The notes under the pieces are model-generated. The model saw only the letters and a list, made by a program, of their open reading frames with translations. It was not told the origin of the DNA and searched no databases. The position numbers and the translations under genes were made by a program. DNA of 64,000 nt, from the NCBI GenBank assembly GCA_038321985.1, contig JBBQFN010000019.1, positions 42,042-106,041 on the forward strand, given 5' to 3'. Positions within the stretch are counted from its first letter, which is position 1. Every line of letters starts with the position of its first letter. This document shows, piece by piece, positions 18,888 to 28,803 of the stretch. The stretch is from Cyanophyceae cyanobacterium (GTDB taxonomy: Bacteria; Cyanobacteriota; Cyanobacteriia; Cyanobacteriales; Laspinemataceae).

Positions 18888-20732
18888 ATGAGTAATTTAT
18901 TAGAAAACTTAGAACTGGGTAGTCGAGATTTAGCCATTGTGATTAAGGAGTTGCGGGCGACTCTAGGCAAAATGGAATTGGCCCTGGGTTCGATTGATGA
19001 GGCGATCGTTTGGACGGGAGAAGATGGAGTAATTCAATGGTGCAATACCACGTTTGATCGCCTGGTGAATCGCAGTCATCTTTCGGTTCTCGGTTGCCCT
19101 CTATGCACCTTAGTTCCCCTGACTAAAGGGGGCACTGTACTCTTAGAAACAGAACATCCCGTTTATCAGGTTCTCTCGCAAAATTATTCAACCGGAGAAT
19201 ATGAATTTCAACAGGAGAGTCATTTATTAATTCTGGAAATTGCCGGTTCTTTTGTGGAACTCAAAAATGGCGATCGCACAGCAGTTTTAACCATCCGAGA
19301 TGTCACTCAACGCAAAGCAATGGAGGAAGCGTTAATTTCTGCCAATCGAGAAATGTCCATCTATTTGCAAGAAGTTGACAAAGTAATACAGGCTGCGATC
19401 GCGGTTGAAAATAACAGGTTTCAACCAGACTCGTTACATGAAGTTGCTAATCGACAGGATGAGTTAGGACGACTAGCCAATATATTTACTCAAATGGTTC
19501 TGCAATTAAAAGCCCGTGAACAAGAACTCGCAGAAGCGAAAGAACAACTAGAGGCGGTTTTAAATGCGGTTCCTGGCGCGATTTCTTGGATTGATTCCGG
19601 TGGGGTATTCGTGGGTGTTAATCGTCATTTAGCTGAAAATTTTAACCTCTCTCAAGAAGCCTTTGTTGGTCAAGAAGTGGGATTTCTAAAAGAAAATGCT
19701 AAGTTAGCTATCTTTTTGAGTGAATTCATTTCTAGTCCTGAAACCTCTGCTTCTGCCATCATTGACTATCAGATTCATGAAGAAAAGCGACATTATCTCA
19801 TTGCCGCCCAAAAATATCAACAAGGGACAGCTACCGTATCGGTGGGAATTGATGTAACTGATCGCCAACGGGCTGAGGCAGAACGAGAACGGTTTACCCG
19901 TGAGCTTTTCCAACTCAATCAAGCCTACGAACGGTTTGTTCCCAATCAATTTCTCCAATTTTTAGATAAATCCAGCATTGTCGAGGTGGAATTAGGGGAC
20001 CAGGTGCAGTTAGAAATGTCAGTCCTCTTCTCCGATATTCGAGAGTTTACGACCCTCAGTGAAATGATGGCCCCCTCGGATAATTTTAAATTTATTAATG
20101 CCTACCTTTCCCGGATGGAACCCGCTATTACTGAACATTCAGGCTTTATTGATAAATATATCGGTGATGCAATTATGGCCCTCTTTAGCGGGGAAGCGGA
20201 TAATGCTGTGCAAGCCGGAATTTCTATGCTCCATCGCCTGGATGAGTATAATCAAGAACGTAGTAAATCGGGATTTTTACCCATTAAAAATGGGATTGGA
20301 ATTAATACGGGATTATTAATGTTGGGAACCGTAGGTGGACAAAATCGTATGGATAGTACAGTGATTAGTAATGCGGTGAATGTCGCTTCCCGAGTGGAAG
20401 GATTAACTAAAAATTATGGGGTAGCCCTATTAATTACTGAAGCAACCTATTCCCGATTAAAGCAGCGGGATAGTTATGCGATTCGGCGCATCGATCGCGT
20501 CCAAGTTAAAGGCAAATCTGAAGCGGTGACAGTGTATGAAGTGTTTGATGCGGACTCCCCAGAAATGAGGGACAGAAAGCTGGCAACCCTAACCCAATTT
20601 ACAGAAGCATTATCCCTCTACGATCGCCAGAAGTTTCGGGAGTCGGCACGGTTATTTGGGGAGTGTTTAGATCAAAACCCAGGCGATCGCGTGGCGCAGA
20701 TTTATTGCGATCGTGCCCAAGCCAACATTTAA
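18888..20732 (+). CDS. Soluble class III adenylate cyclase (PAS - HAMP-like - PAS - cyclase - TPR-like tail)
   Basis: VLFSDIREFT, DKYIGDAIMA, GIGINTG, MDSTVISNAVNVASRVE, VKGK; Lys/Asp specificity residues indicate ATP. No TM segment. Alternative GTG start at 18882. Confidence 0.9.
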   Translation: MSNLLENLELGSRDLAIVIKELRATLGKMELALGSIDEAIVWTGEDGVIQWCNTTFDRLVNRSHLSVLGCPLCTLVPLTKGGTVLLETEHPVYQVLSQNYSTGEYEFQQESHLLILEIAGSFVELKNGDRTAVLTIRDVTQRKAMEEALISANREMSIYLQEVDKVIQAAIAVENNRFQPDSLHEVANRQDELGRLANIFTQMVLQLKAREQELAEAKEQLEAVLNAVPGAISWIDSGGVFVGVNRHLAENFNLSQEAFVGQEVGFLKENAKLAIFLSEFISSPETSASAIIDYQIHEEKRHYLIAAQKYQQGTATVSVGIDVTDRQRAEAERERFTRELFQLNQAYERFVPNQFLQFLDKSSIVEVELGDQVQLEMSVLFSDIREFTTLSEMMAPSDNFKFINAYLSRMEPAITEHSGFIDKYIGDAIMALFSGEADNAVQAGISMLHRLDEYNQERSKSGFLPIKNGIGINTGLLMLGTVGGQNRMDSTVISNAVNVASRVEGLTKNYGVALLITEATYSRLKQRDSYAIRRIDRVQVKGKSEAVTVYEVFDADSPEMRDRKLATLTQFTEALSLYDRQKFRESARLFGECLDQNPGDRVAQIYCDRAQANI

Positions 20733-20783
20733 GACAAATCAGGCTGTATTGATTCTCTGAACCGGGCTGATATTGGCCCTTTC

Positions 20784-20812
20784 GTTACATTTCGTTACAA
20801 ATTGGTTACAAT
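20784..20812 (+). promoter_or_regulatory. HLR1 (RpaB-binding) direct repeat next to a TACAAT -10 element
   Basis: GTTACATT-TC-GTTACAAA (20784-20801) matches HLR1 (G/T)TTACA(T/A)(T/A)-N2 repeat. A third GTTACA (20805-20810) overlaps TACAAT (20807-20812). Confidence 0.65.
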
Positions 20813-20896
20813 CGAGAGAGCAGATACCTATTTCGGGTCCCGGCGAGAGTGGCACTGCCCCTTCTCAACAATCCTCTCGATTATTTAGACTGATTT

Positions 20897-22021
20897 ATGT
20901 TTTATCCTGACTACAATCCGCCGTTATTTTTAAAAAACGGGCTGGCAATGACCCTGCATACTGCCTTAGTGGCAAGTCGAGAGTGGGAACAGACGATCGC
21001 CGACCCCGAACCGCCTTATCAGGAAACCCACTTTTCCGGCGCAGGAGGGGTGCCGATTTATGGATGGGTTGCCCAAAACCCTGCCTCGAAAGGAACCCTT
21101 GTGGCAACTTACGGCATTACAGGAGAACTTCCCGAACAATGGTTTCTCCGACTCCTGGGACGTAAAGCCTTTGCCCGCGGCTATTCTGTGGTCCTCTTTG
21201 ACTGGCGTGCTCATGGCAAAACTGCTGAATTATCTTCCACCTTGACTTCCGATGGATTGTATGAGGGGGAAGATTTTGTGAGAATTGCTGCCAAAGCGAA
21301 ATCTATGGGATGTTCAGGACCTTTTTGGTTTACGGGTTATTCCTTAGGAGGACAACTGGCCCTGTGGGGGATAAAAGCAGCCCAGTCGATCACCGAGTGG
21401 GGCGGGGATTTAGAGTTAGACCCCTCGGAACTCGCAGGGGGGGCGGTGATTTGTCCAAACCTGGATTCTAATCGGTCCCTGTCCTATTTAGTGAAACAGC
21501 CCTTTGGGAAGTATCTGGAAAAGGCGATCGCCAAGGGATTGAAGAAACTGGCATGGAAGCTACATCAGATGCATCCGAACGATATCGATCCCGAGGCGAT
21601 CGCCCGCGCCAATAGCATTTGGGGATTTGATCATGAATTGGTGATTTCCCGCCTCGGGTTTGCTTCCGTAGAGGAGTATTACGCCGCCAGTAGTCCTCTG
21701 GTAATCCTGCCGGAGTTTACCAAACCCACCTTGATTTTATATGCGGCAGATGACCCCATGTTCCACCCGGCGATCGTACCCGAGTTACAGGAAATTGGCG
21801 ACAGCAATCCGGCGATCGAGTTAATGATGACTCGTTATGGGGGTCATGTGGGCTATGTCAGTAATTTAGCTACCCAGAAAAAAGCCGGAGATAGCGATCG
21901 GTGGTGGGGGTGGAATCGCGTCTTAGACTGGTGCGATCGCCAAGGGGAGGCACTCTCTCCCTCTATCACGCCTCAGCGATCGACCCTTGACTCGAACTTG
22001 TTAGGGGTTTCCCATCCCTAG
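20897..22021 (+). CDS. Alpha/beta hydrolase, YheT family
   Basis: YGITG oxyanion region, GYSLGG nucleophile elbow, ADDP acid, GGHVG histidine. Confidence 0.88.
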   Translation: MFYPDYNPPLFLKNGLAMTLHTALVASREWEQTIADPEPPYQETHFSGAGGVPIYGWVAQNPASKGTLVATYGITGELPEQWFLRLLGRKAFARGYSVVLFDWRAHGKTAELSSTLTSDGLYEGEDFVRIAAKAKSMGCSGPFWFTGYSLGGQLALWGIKAAQSITEWGGDLELDPSELAGGAVICPNLDSNRSLSYLVKQPFGKYLEKAIAKGLKKLAWKLHQMHPNDIDPEAIARANSIWGFDHELVISRLGFASVEEYYAASSPLVILPEFTKPTLILYAADDPMFHPAIVPELQEIGDSNPAIELMMTRYGGHVGYVSNLATQKKAGDSDRWWGWNRVLDWCDRQGEALSPSITPQRSTLDSNLLGVSHP

Positions 22022-22473
22022 TTTGAATTGCCGCAAATGCGATCTAGAGCCCGTTTGCCTCCCCATCGTTCCACCAATTGGTCATCGTACTCGTCGGAGA
22101 CTTCCAGAACCGCATTCACCGAGGATTCCAATTCTTTTTTATCGCAAGTGGATCCCACAATACTATGCTCAAACAGAATATCACCCTTCGAGTCGATACC
22201 AAAAGCCCCGAAAATCATGTTGCTATTTTGTTCGAGGAGAAAGCGCATTAGATCCGCACTCAGTTCTGCCTCCGTCACGACATAAGCCCGAGTATTGATC
22301 ACGGCATCCTCTTCTCCCCACGGTAAAATCAGGACTTCCACCAGGGCGGAACCCATAAACAGCCCCAATCCGGGGATATCTTGACGAGCACAGGGAAATT
22401 TGCCAAATAATTCCTGCATCCAGATGGCGACTTTGTGATAACAGGCTTCTTGTGCTGAGGTTTGAAATTGCAT
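22018..22473 (-). CDS. YbjN / T3SS-chaperone-like domain protein
   Basis: LMRFLLEQN..MIFGAFGID..GDILFEHSIVG...SDEYDD.LV..WGG pattern. Confidence 0.75.
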   Translation of the reverse strand: MQFQTSAQEACYHKVAIWMQELFGKFPCARQDIPGLGLFMGSALVEVLILPWGEEDAVINTRAYVVTEAELSADLMRFLLEQNSNMIFGAFGIDSKGDILFEHSIVGSTCDKKELESSVNAVLEVSDEYDDQLVERWGGKRALDRICGNSN

Positions 22474-22767
22474 TTGGATTCTCCTTGTTGTTATTAGAGT
22501 CGCTGTTTAGTCCTTTGTATTATCTTCCCAGGTTGAGTGACTCAGTTTTAAGGATGAAGCAACCTTTAAGGGTGGGACAAGTGATGTATCGAGGTTAAAA
22601 ACTCCGCTGCGATCGAAATCACCACAGTTGAGTAAACTATTTCACCTCTTCTGTAAGATGGCGATCGCACAGGAGCCGTCAAAATCCGCTGATAATACAA
22701 CAAGGCAACCCGGGAATGACCTAATCCCTTATCTAAATTCAAGGCTTAAATCGAGGTTTTTTTAACG

Positions 22768-23028
22768 ATGAGTACATTTGCTCCCACCCACAAACTAATT
22801 GCCCCTGCCGGAGAAGAAACCCCCGTAATGCTTTTTTCCCAAGGTGAAAGCCACAAATATCAGGTGATGAGCAAAACTGAATTTCTCGAAGGAAGCGAAG
22901 CAATCTATGAGTGGCACCCCTGCCAGGGTGTGACTTACCGAGGATTTTTACTCAATGGTTTAAAAATTATTCCCTTAGAGCTCAGCCACGGGTGGCACTA
23001 TTCCCCCGCTAACTCCGCAGCGAACTAG
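22768..23028 (+). CDS. Hypothetical protein (86 aa)
   Basis: ATG with GAGG upstream, normal composition, fills the intergenic gap. Confidence 0.6.
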   Translation: MSTFAPTHKLIAPAGEETPVMLFSQGESHKYQVMSKTEFLEGSEAIYEWHPCQGVTYRGFLLNGLKIIPLELSHGWHYSPANSAAN

Positions 23029-23160
23029 AGGGTATGGGTTTTGACGGTGGGAAGAGGTGGAAAAAATAAGGCGATCGCACTTCAAACTTCGCCTTCCCCA
23101 TGTTCAGCTTCCCAATTTAGACAGGGAACTTAACCTGAAATAAATTTCAACTAAAACCCC

Positions 23161-23189
23161 CAGAAAATAGCCCGCATTTAAGCGGGCTA
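23161..23189 (-). terminator. Intrinsic terminator of the WecB/TagA transcript
   Basis: TAGCCCGC-ATTTAA-GCGGGCTA hairpin followed on the - strand by TTTTCTG; lies between convergent genes. Confidence 0.6.
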
Positions 23190-23236
23190 GGTTCCTATAA
23201 CAGCAGCTTTAAACCTGCTGTAATCCCATTTAGAGC

Positions 23237-24043
23237 TTACCCATAAGATTCTTCCGGTTCCATCCCCGTTGGCTTCAAAACCGGCTGCTTAGAAATGGAT
23301 AACATTTGTAAAAAGGTAAAGGTCAAATACATGGGATTCAGTAACAAATATCGCTTCCATAATCGTCCCGGTTCTTGAATCAATCGATAGAACCATTCCA
23401 GCCCCCGCTTTTGCATCCAAGGCGGTGCCTGAGATACTGTACCCGCATGAAAATCAAACGCTGCACCGACTGCCATTAAGGGCATCGGTAAATGATTTCG
23501 ATATTCATAAACCCAGACTTCTTGCCGAGGACAACCCAACCCAACAAAGGTAATGGTTGCGCCACTGTCTTTAATCCGAGTCACCACTTCTTCTTTTTCG
23601 TCAGAAGTTAACCGGCGAAATTTAGAGGGTTCTGCACCAACGACTTTCAACCCTGGAAACTTAACTTGTAGCTTTTCTAATAAAAGGTCCAAGGTTTCCT
23701 GTTTACTACCATAAAAATAGACGGGCAATCCTTCGATCGCAGCGGCTTCTAATACTTTTAAAGTCAACGTCGGACCATAGACGCGATCGGGCAGTTTAAT
23801 CCCGTGAATCCAATTGAGTGCCCAGCGAACCGGCTGCCCATCCGGTGTAACCAAATCAAATGTGTTTAAGCGGCGACGATGAACTGGATCAGAAAAGCCC
23901 GTCATCACCCCATGAACCGCTAAAGCTGTCATTGCTAGAGGCGATCTCGCCTTGGCGGCATTAATAATGGCTTCCACACCATATTCATAATCAATTGCCG
24001 ATATTTCTACCCCAAGTATGGGGTATTTTCCATGATTAATCAC
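23237..24043 (-). CDS. WecB/TagA/CpsF family glycosyltransferase
   Basis: TPDGQPV, RVYGPTL, FVGLGCPRQE, VGAAFDF, GLEWFYRL..EP.RLWKRY. Confidence 0.93.
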   Translation of the reverse strand: MINHGKYPILGVEISAIDYEYGVEAIINAAKARSPLAMTALAVHGVMTGFSDPVHRRRLNTFDLVTPDGQPVRWALNWIHGIKLPDRVYGPTLTLKVLEAAAIEGLPVYFYGSKQETLDLLLEKLQVKFPGLKVVGAEPSKFRRLTSDEKEEVVTRIKDSGATITFVGLGCPRQEVWVYEYRNHLPMPLMAVGAAFDFHAGTVSQAPPWMQKRGLEWFYRLIQEPGRLWKRYLLLNPMYLTFTFLQMLSISKQPVLKPTGMEPEESYG

Positions 24044-24182
24044 CCTAATAACCTCTATTAAAAAATGGGTAAGTTTTATTTAATAGCAATTAGCTTTTTT
24101 GCTAATTGCTAAGTTTTTCAGGAGAACACCCTGGGAATAATAGGTCAATTTTCAAGAAGTCAAGGCCGAGAATCAGGGAAGC

Positions 24183-25253
24183 TCAATTCCCCCACCGAGA
24201 CTTATTAAAGTCGTAAATTTCTTGAAAAATATCTCTGACACTAGGATAGCTTAATTTCCATTCCGGATAGTGGGATTTAAACTTACTTAAATCACTGATA
24301 TACCAGATATGATCCCCCATGCGATTAGTCTCGGTGTAGCTGGTTTCCATCTTTTTCCCGGTAATCTCCTCACACATTTGGATCCCTTCCCGGACCGAAG
24401 TATTACTCTCGCGACCCCCACCTAGGTTATAGACTTCGGCAATCCCAGGTTTTTTGAAAAAGGTATCCATCGCCAGAATCACATCAATGCAGTGGATCAC
24501 GTCCCGAACCTGCTTGCCTTTGTAACCAATTACGGTATAAGGTGTTTCCGTCATGGCGCATCTCATCAAATAGGAAGGGAACCCATGCAATTGAGCACCG
24601 GAATGTTGGGGCCCACTGAGGACTCCACCCCGAAACACCGCACTTTTGATGTTAAAGTAGCGCCCATACTCTTGCACCAAGAGGTCCCCAGCAGCTTTTG
24701 AGGCCCCAAACAGAGAATGCATACTTTGGTCAATACTCATATCTTCCGGGATCCCGTTTTGGTAGGGGTGAGAGGGGTCCAGTTCCCATCGAGTTTCTTG
24801 TTCAACTAAGGGTAAAGTATTGGGGCGATCGCCATACACCTTGTTCGTGGAACAATGGGAAAACACTGCCTCGGGACAAAACTGCCGCGTTGCCTCTAGC
24901 AAAACTAAGGTTCCATTGGCATTAATCGAGAAATCCGTAAAGGGTTCCTTTGCAGCCCAATCATGGGAGGGTTGCGCCGCTGTATGGACAATTAAAACGA
25001 TATCGGATTTGTACTTGGAGAAAATTGCATTAATTGCTTCGGGATTGCGGATATCAACTTCGTTATGTTCATACTTATCCCCGAGTTCTTTGCTGATTCG
25101 TTCCCGGTTCCAACTTGTCGAGGCTTCCTGTCCAAAGAAATATTGACGCATATCATTGTCAATCCCGACTACTTTGTAACCGGCTTTTCCATAGAACAGG
25201 GCGGCCTCGGAACCAATCAATCCGCCAGATCCTGTTACGATAACTACAGACAT
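24183..25253 (-). CDS. NAD-dependent epimerase/dehydratase (CDP-paratose 2-epimerase-like)
   Basis: [29 protein letters not shown] (YxxxK with Phe), GKQVRD. Confidence 0.88.
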   Translation of the reverse strand: MSVVIVTGSGGLIGSEAALFYGKAGYKVVGIDNDMRQYFFGQEASTSWNRERISKELGDKYEHNEVDIRNPEAINAIFSKYKSDIVLIVHTAAQPSHDWAAKEPFTDFSINANGTLVLLEATRQFCPEAVFSHCSTNKVYGDRPNTLPLVEQETRWELDPSHPYQNGIPEDMSIDQSMHSLFGASKAAGDLLVQEYGRYFNIKSAVFRGGVLSGPQHSGAQLHGFPSYLMRCAMTETPYTVIGYKGKQVRDVIHCIDVILAMDTFFKKPGIAEVYNLGGGRESNTSVREGIQMCEEITGKKMETSYTETNRMGDHIWYISDLSKFKSHYPEWKLSYPSVRDIFQEIYDFNKSRWGN

Positions 25254-25420
25254 TCCTTATCTCCTGCTATGTTGGGTTTTTAGGCGATCGGCCAGTGGTA
25301 TTGCTGGCGTTTATTCCCCCTCTAGATTATAGGCAGGTGCGGGGTACTCGTCACCCGGTTACCGAACGATTGTTCTACCCGATTTATTCCAGTGGCAATG
25401 GGTAATTTCGGAGTCTATGC

Positions 25421-26632
25421 TTAATTGCCACTTGAACGGTGCAAAACCTGAGTATAGACAGACTTCGTTTTTTCGGCTAATTTTTCCCAAGTGTAATGTT
25501 CCAAAACTTTCTGATATCCCGCTTCCCCCAGTTGAATACACAGGGATGGATTGTTAAGGAGTTCTATAATTTTATCAGCAATTTGGCCCGGATTTTGTTC
25601 GACTAAAAATCCAGTGATTCCCTCATCGATAACATCCCGAATGGCCGGAATATTTCCCCCAATTGCCGGCTTCTTCATCATCCAGGCTTCCGTATAAACC
25701 CCCCCAAAACTTTCTTGCATCGAAGGGACACAAAGTAAATCACAAGCTGCCAAGGCATCGGTTTTTTCTTCTAAACTGACTTTGCCTAGTTCTAAAATAC
25801 GGCGATCGCTTACTTCGGCAAAGAATTTTTCGGAAAATTTAGTGCGGGGACCAATCGCAACAAAGCGAGTTTCTGGAAACTTTGACCAAACTATTTCCGC
25901 CGACTTGATAAAGGCTTTAATCCCTTTATATTCGTACTTTTGACCCAGGAATAAGACGATTGGACTAGAACCCAGGGAGTATTTAGTTCGGAAGCGATCG
26001 CCATCGCCATCGGCTGCTAATAAAGGTCCGATTCCCGTCACAAATATATTCTCTTCCTTAACGCCGAGTTCGATTAACGTTTGCTTTTCGACCTGGGTTA
26101 AAGCAATCACTGCATCGGCTTGGCGGTAAAGATGAATATACTCTCGATACAGCCATCCCACCCAGCGAGGATGATGCAACGGAACGAATACAAAGGGAAT
26201 ATTTAGTTTTTGTGCCAGTTGCCAGGAGGCATAACTTAGGCCCTCTCTCCCCATCCTGACATTGTGGATAATTGCAGGGTTCTCGCTATACTCTTCAATC
26301 TTAGGCAATAAAACCTTAGAAATTTTGGCGATCGCCGTCTTCTTAATCCCATAATATCCAGCTACATAAGGAATCAACGACTTTCGTTCAGCCTGGGTTA
26401 ATGTAATTTGCTTAACATCCACCCCATCAATTTCATATCCCTTAACTTGGGCGGGCGCTTTTAAAGTTGTCCCCCATAACCAATCGGTGCGATTTTCTGT
26501 CCAGTGCGTAATGACGCGAACCTGATTGGTTTGAGCAAGGGTAGAGACAATTTTATGGGTATGAAGTTGAGCGCCCCCGATTGCGGGAGGATAGGCGGTA
26601 ATCGTGTACAGGAGTTTTAAAGAATAAGACAT
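25421..26632 (-). CDS. Glycosyltransferase family 4
   Basis: YPPAIGG, PSMQESFGGVYTEAW (EX7E), GITGFLV. Confidence 0.9.
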   Translation of the reverse strand: MSYSLKLLYTITAYPPAIGGAQLHTHKIVSTLAQTNQVRVITHWTENRTDWLWGTTLKAPAQVKGYEIDGVDVKQITLTQAERKSLIPYVAGYYGIKKTAIAKISKVLLPKIEEYSENPAIIHNVRMGREGLSYASWQLAQKLNIPFVFVPLHHPRWVGWLYREYIHLYRQADAVIALTQVEKQTLIELGVKEENIFVTGIGPLLAADGDGDRFRTKYSLGSSPIVLFLGQKYEYKGIKAFIKSAEIVWSKFPETRFVAIGPRTKFSEKFFAEVSDRRILELGKVSLEEKTDALAACDLLCVPSMQESFGGVYTEAWMMKKPAIGGNIPAIRDVIDEGITGFLVEQNPGQIADKIIELLNNPSLCIQLGEAGYQKVLEHYTWEKLAEKTKSVYTQVLHRSSGN

Positions 26633-26662
26633 TACCCTGATTTAATTTAAAAATCGGGTCCT

Positions 26663-26758
26663 CTATAGCGTTCCCCCTCTACATGATTCCCGAAAATTTT
26701 ACAAGATTACCCAGACTTAATGAAAAATTTCCATCAAAACTGAATGGAGAACAGCTAT
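26663..26758. mobile_element. MITE-like element (TATAGC-end family)
   Basis: Imperfect terminal inverted repeats CTATAGCGTTCCCC ... GGAGAACAGCTAT; no ORF. Confidence 0.45.
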
Positions 26759-26874
26759 CCGTGATATTATTTGCGAAGTTTCATTGTATTTGCAACTTTT
26801 TCTCCAAGGATTATGTAAAGTAACGGATGGTAGCCGGCTTGACGGTCATGAAAATCGCCTAAAATATCCACTCA

Positions 26875-28038
26875 TTAAGAACGAGCCAACTGATAAATTT
26901 TTAAAAGTTGTTGATAGTTAACGTCTGCCGTGTATTTAGATTCAAACTCTCCCCTAGCTTGTTGACGCATATTTTTGAGTTCTTCTGGGTGGGCGATCGC
27001 CCACTCCACCTGAGCGATTAAGTCATCTGTATCTCCTGGACGGAAATGCAGACCCGTGCGACTCGGGATTACCAAAGCCGTCATACTCCCGAGGTTACCC
27101 GCTATTACAGGTAGACCCACCGCATAAGCCTCCACAAGGACCAGAGGGAAACCTTCGTACCAGCCCGAAGGAAACATCAACATTTTCGCCTCTTTCATTA
27201 AATCAAGGACGCGATTTTTTGGCTGTCTTCCTAACCACTCTACCCCTGGAATCTTTACGGAGGAATGTTTGACCATATCAGTTAATGGCCCCTCGCCGAC
27301 AATTTTCAGAGGGATTGATTGTCCAAGTTTTTCCCAAGCTTTCAAGAGAATATCGAGACCCTTTTCCGGCGATAGTCTTCCTACAAAAAGTGCGTACTCA
27401 CCCCTCCCCAGCCCAATCCCCGGGTCAGGGGAGAGAAAATTAGGCTTGAGAGAAATTTTCTCTGGGGGCAAGCCCCCTTCTATAAACTTATTCCGGGCAA
27501 AGTCAGTTAAGACAATGTAGCGATTGACGCGATCGCGCCAAGTCCCTCGGATCCGGTGTAGCGTCTGCATTGTACCAACCACCGCCGAACCAACCCGACT
27601 GTCCCGGTAACAAGCATGAACTACTCCCGGCGTAGGGAAGAATTTTCCCATACAGTCCTCGCATACTTTTCCATCCCGATAAAAGAAGGAATTAGCGCAA
27701 AAAAGGCGGTAGTTGTGCAAAGTCTGCACCACAGGTACTCCTGTCTTCTCACAGGCATCATAAACGGATGGGGATAGCAAGGGAAAAAAATTATGAACAT
27801 GGACGATATCCGGACGGAAGGTATTAATTTCCTGCAAAACCCGTTGTTTCGAGGCAGGGGAGTAGATAGCGTTGATTGCTGTTAGTGCTTGACTGAATTT
27901 TGAAGCGATCGCATCATTGTCAACTTCCAGTAGCGCCACTGAGTTGCCATGAGCTTCAAGCAAGTTTTTCTCGGCGCGGACTACCACATCCTCTCCGCCC
28001 GCAATTTTGTAAAGGTTATGGAGTTGTAGAATTCTCAT
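26875..28038 (-). CDS. Glycosyltransferase family 4
   Basis: GGEDVVV, HVHNFFPLLS, VGRLSPEKG, YEGFPLVLVEA. Confidence 0.92.
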   Translation of the reverse strand: MRILQLHNLYKIAGGEDVVVRAEKNLLEAHGNSVALLEVDNDAIASKFSQALTAINAIYSPASKQRVLQEINTFRPDIVHVHNFFPLLSPSVYDACEKTGVPVVQTLHNYRLFCANSFFYRDGKVCEDCMGKFFPTPGVVHACYRDSRVGSAVVGTMQTLHRIRGTWRDRVNRYIVLTDFARNKFIEGGLPPEKISLKPNFLSPDPGIGLGRGEYALFVGRLSPEKGLDILLKAWEKLGQSIPLKIVGEGPLTDMVKHSSVKIPGVEWLGRQPKNRVLDLMKEAKMLMFPSGWYEGFPLVLVEAYAVGLPVIAGNLGSMTALVIPSRTGLHFRPGDTDDLIAQVEWAIAHPEELKNMRQQARGEFESKYTADVNYQQLLKIYQLARS

Positions 28039-28402
28039 TGGATAAACCTGTGCATGGATAAAGGTAACAAATTCATCTCAATTTTAGCTGAACCAACACA
28101 TTGCTTTTTATAAGGCGATCGCCCAGTAGCTCTCCGGTTTCCCGTCCGTGATGAGAGTTCTATCATTGCCCCACTCCTGAGTCTTCCTTTGGCGATCGCC
28201 CAGAACGCTTTCACTCCCCTGAATGACCAGAACTCTTTTCGTTCCTCCCTATCCGAAGGAGGGCCTCAGCAACCGATAATACACTTACTCCGGCACATTT
28301 TTTCGTTCTTTGCCGCAAATTATGTAGTTTTCGTGAATTTTTTTCACCAATCCCCACTTCTCAAAAAGAAGTGATAAAATCACGGCACCCCCCTAAAATA
28401 AG

Positions 28403-28592
28403 CTATAGCGTTTTCTAGTCCGGTAAGGTACCGATACGATGGTTAGGATATGTATGAACTTTGGAGTGCGAGCATCTTGCTCGCTATTGTTTCAAGGGAG
28501 CAAGATGTTTGTGCACCACGCACACGCTCCGCCGCAGGCTTTACGCACTCCAAAGGAAAAAATGTACCTCATACCTGTGAATAAAGCTATAG
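28403..28592. mobile_element. MITE-like element (TATAGC-end family)
   Basis: Ends CTATAGC...AGGTAC / GTACCT...GCTATAG. Internal inverted repeats CTTTGGAGTGCG / CGCACTCCAAAG and CATCTTGCTC / GAGCAAGATG. Confidence 0.65.
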
Positions 28593-28803
28593 ACCTCTCT
28601 TCTTACTTTTATGAAAAACTTCCAGAATCAACCCCTCCTGCATCTCGTTAAATACGCTCATCCAATAATTTTGTCCTAGGATTTTTACCGTGGAGTAAAT
28701 TTCACATCCCCTCCGCTTTTCTCCTTCTCTACTGATAATTTGGGTTGGTGTCGGCTTTTCATAGACGCCGTTTATGTTCGGTAAGTTTTCATGGACGCAG
28801 CTT

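Noticed and set aside
28439..28651. 70-aa ORF; likewise 33089-33313 and 63770-63970
   Set aside because: They run through MITE or palindromic repeat sequence and are most likely chance open frames.
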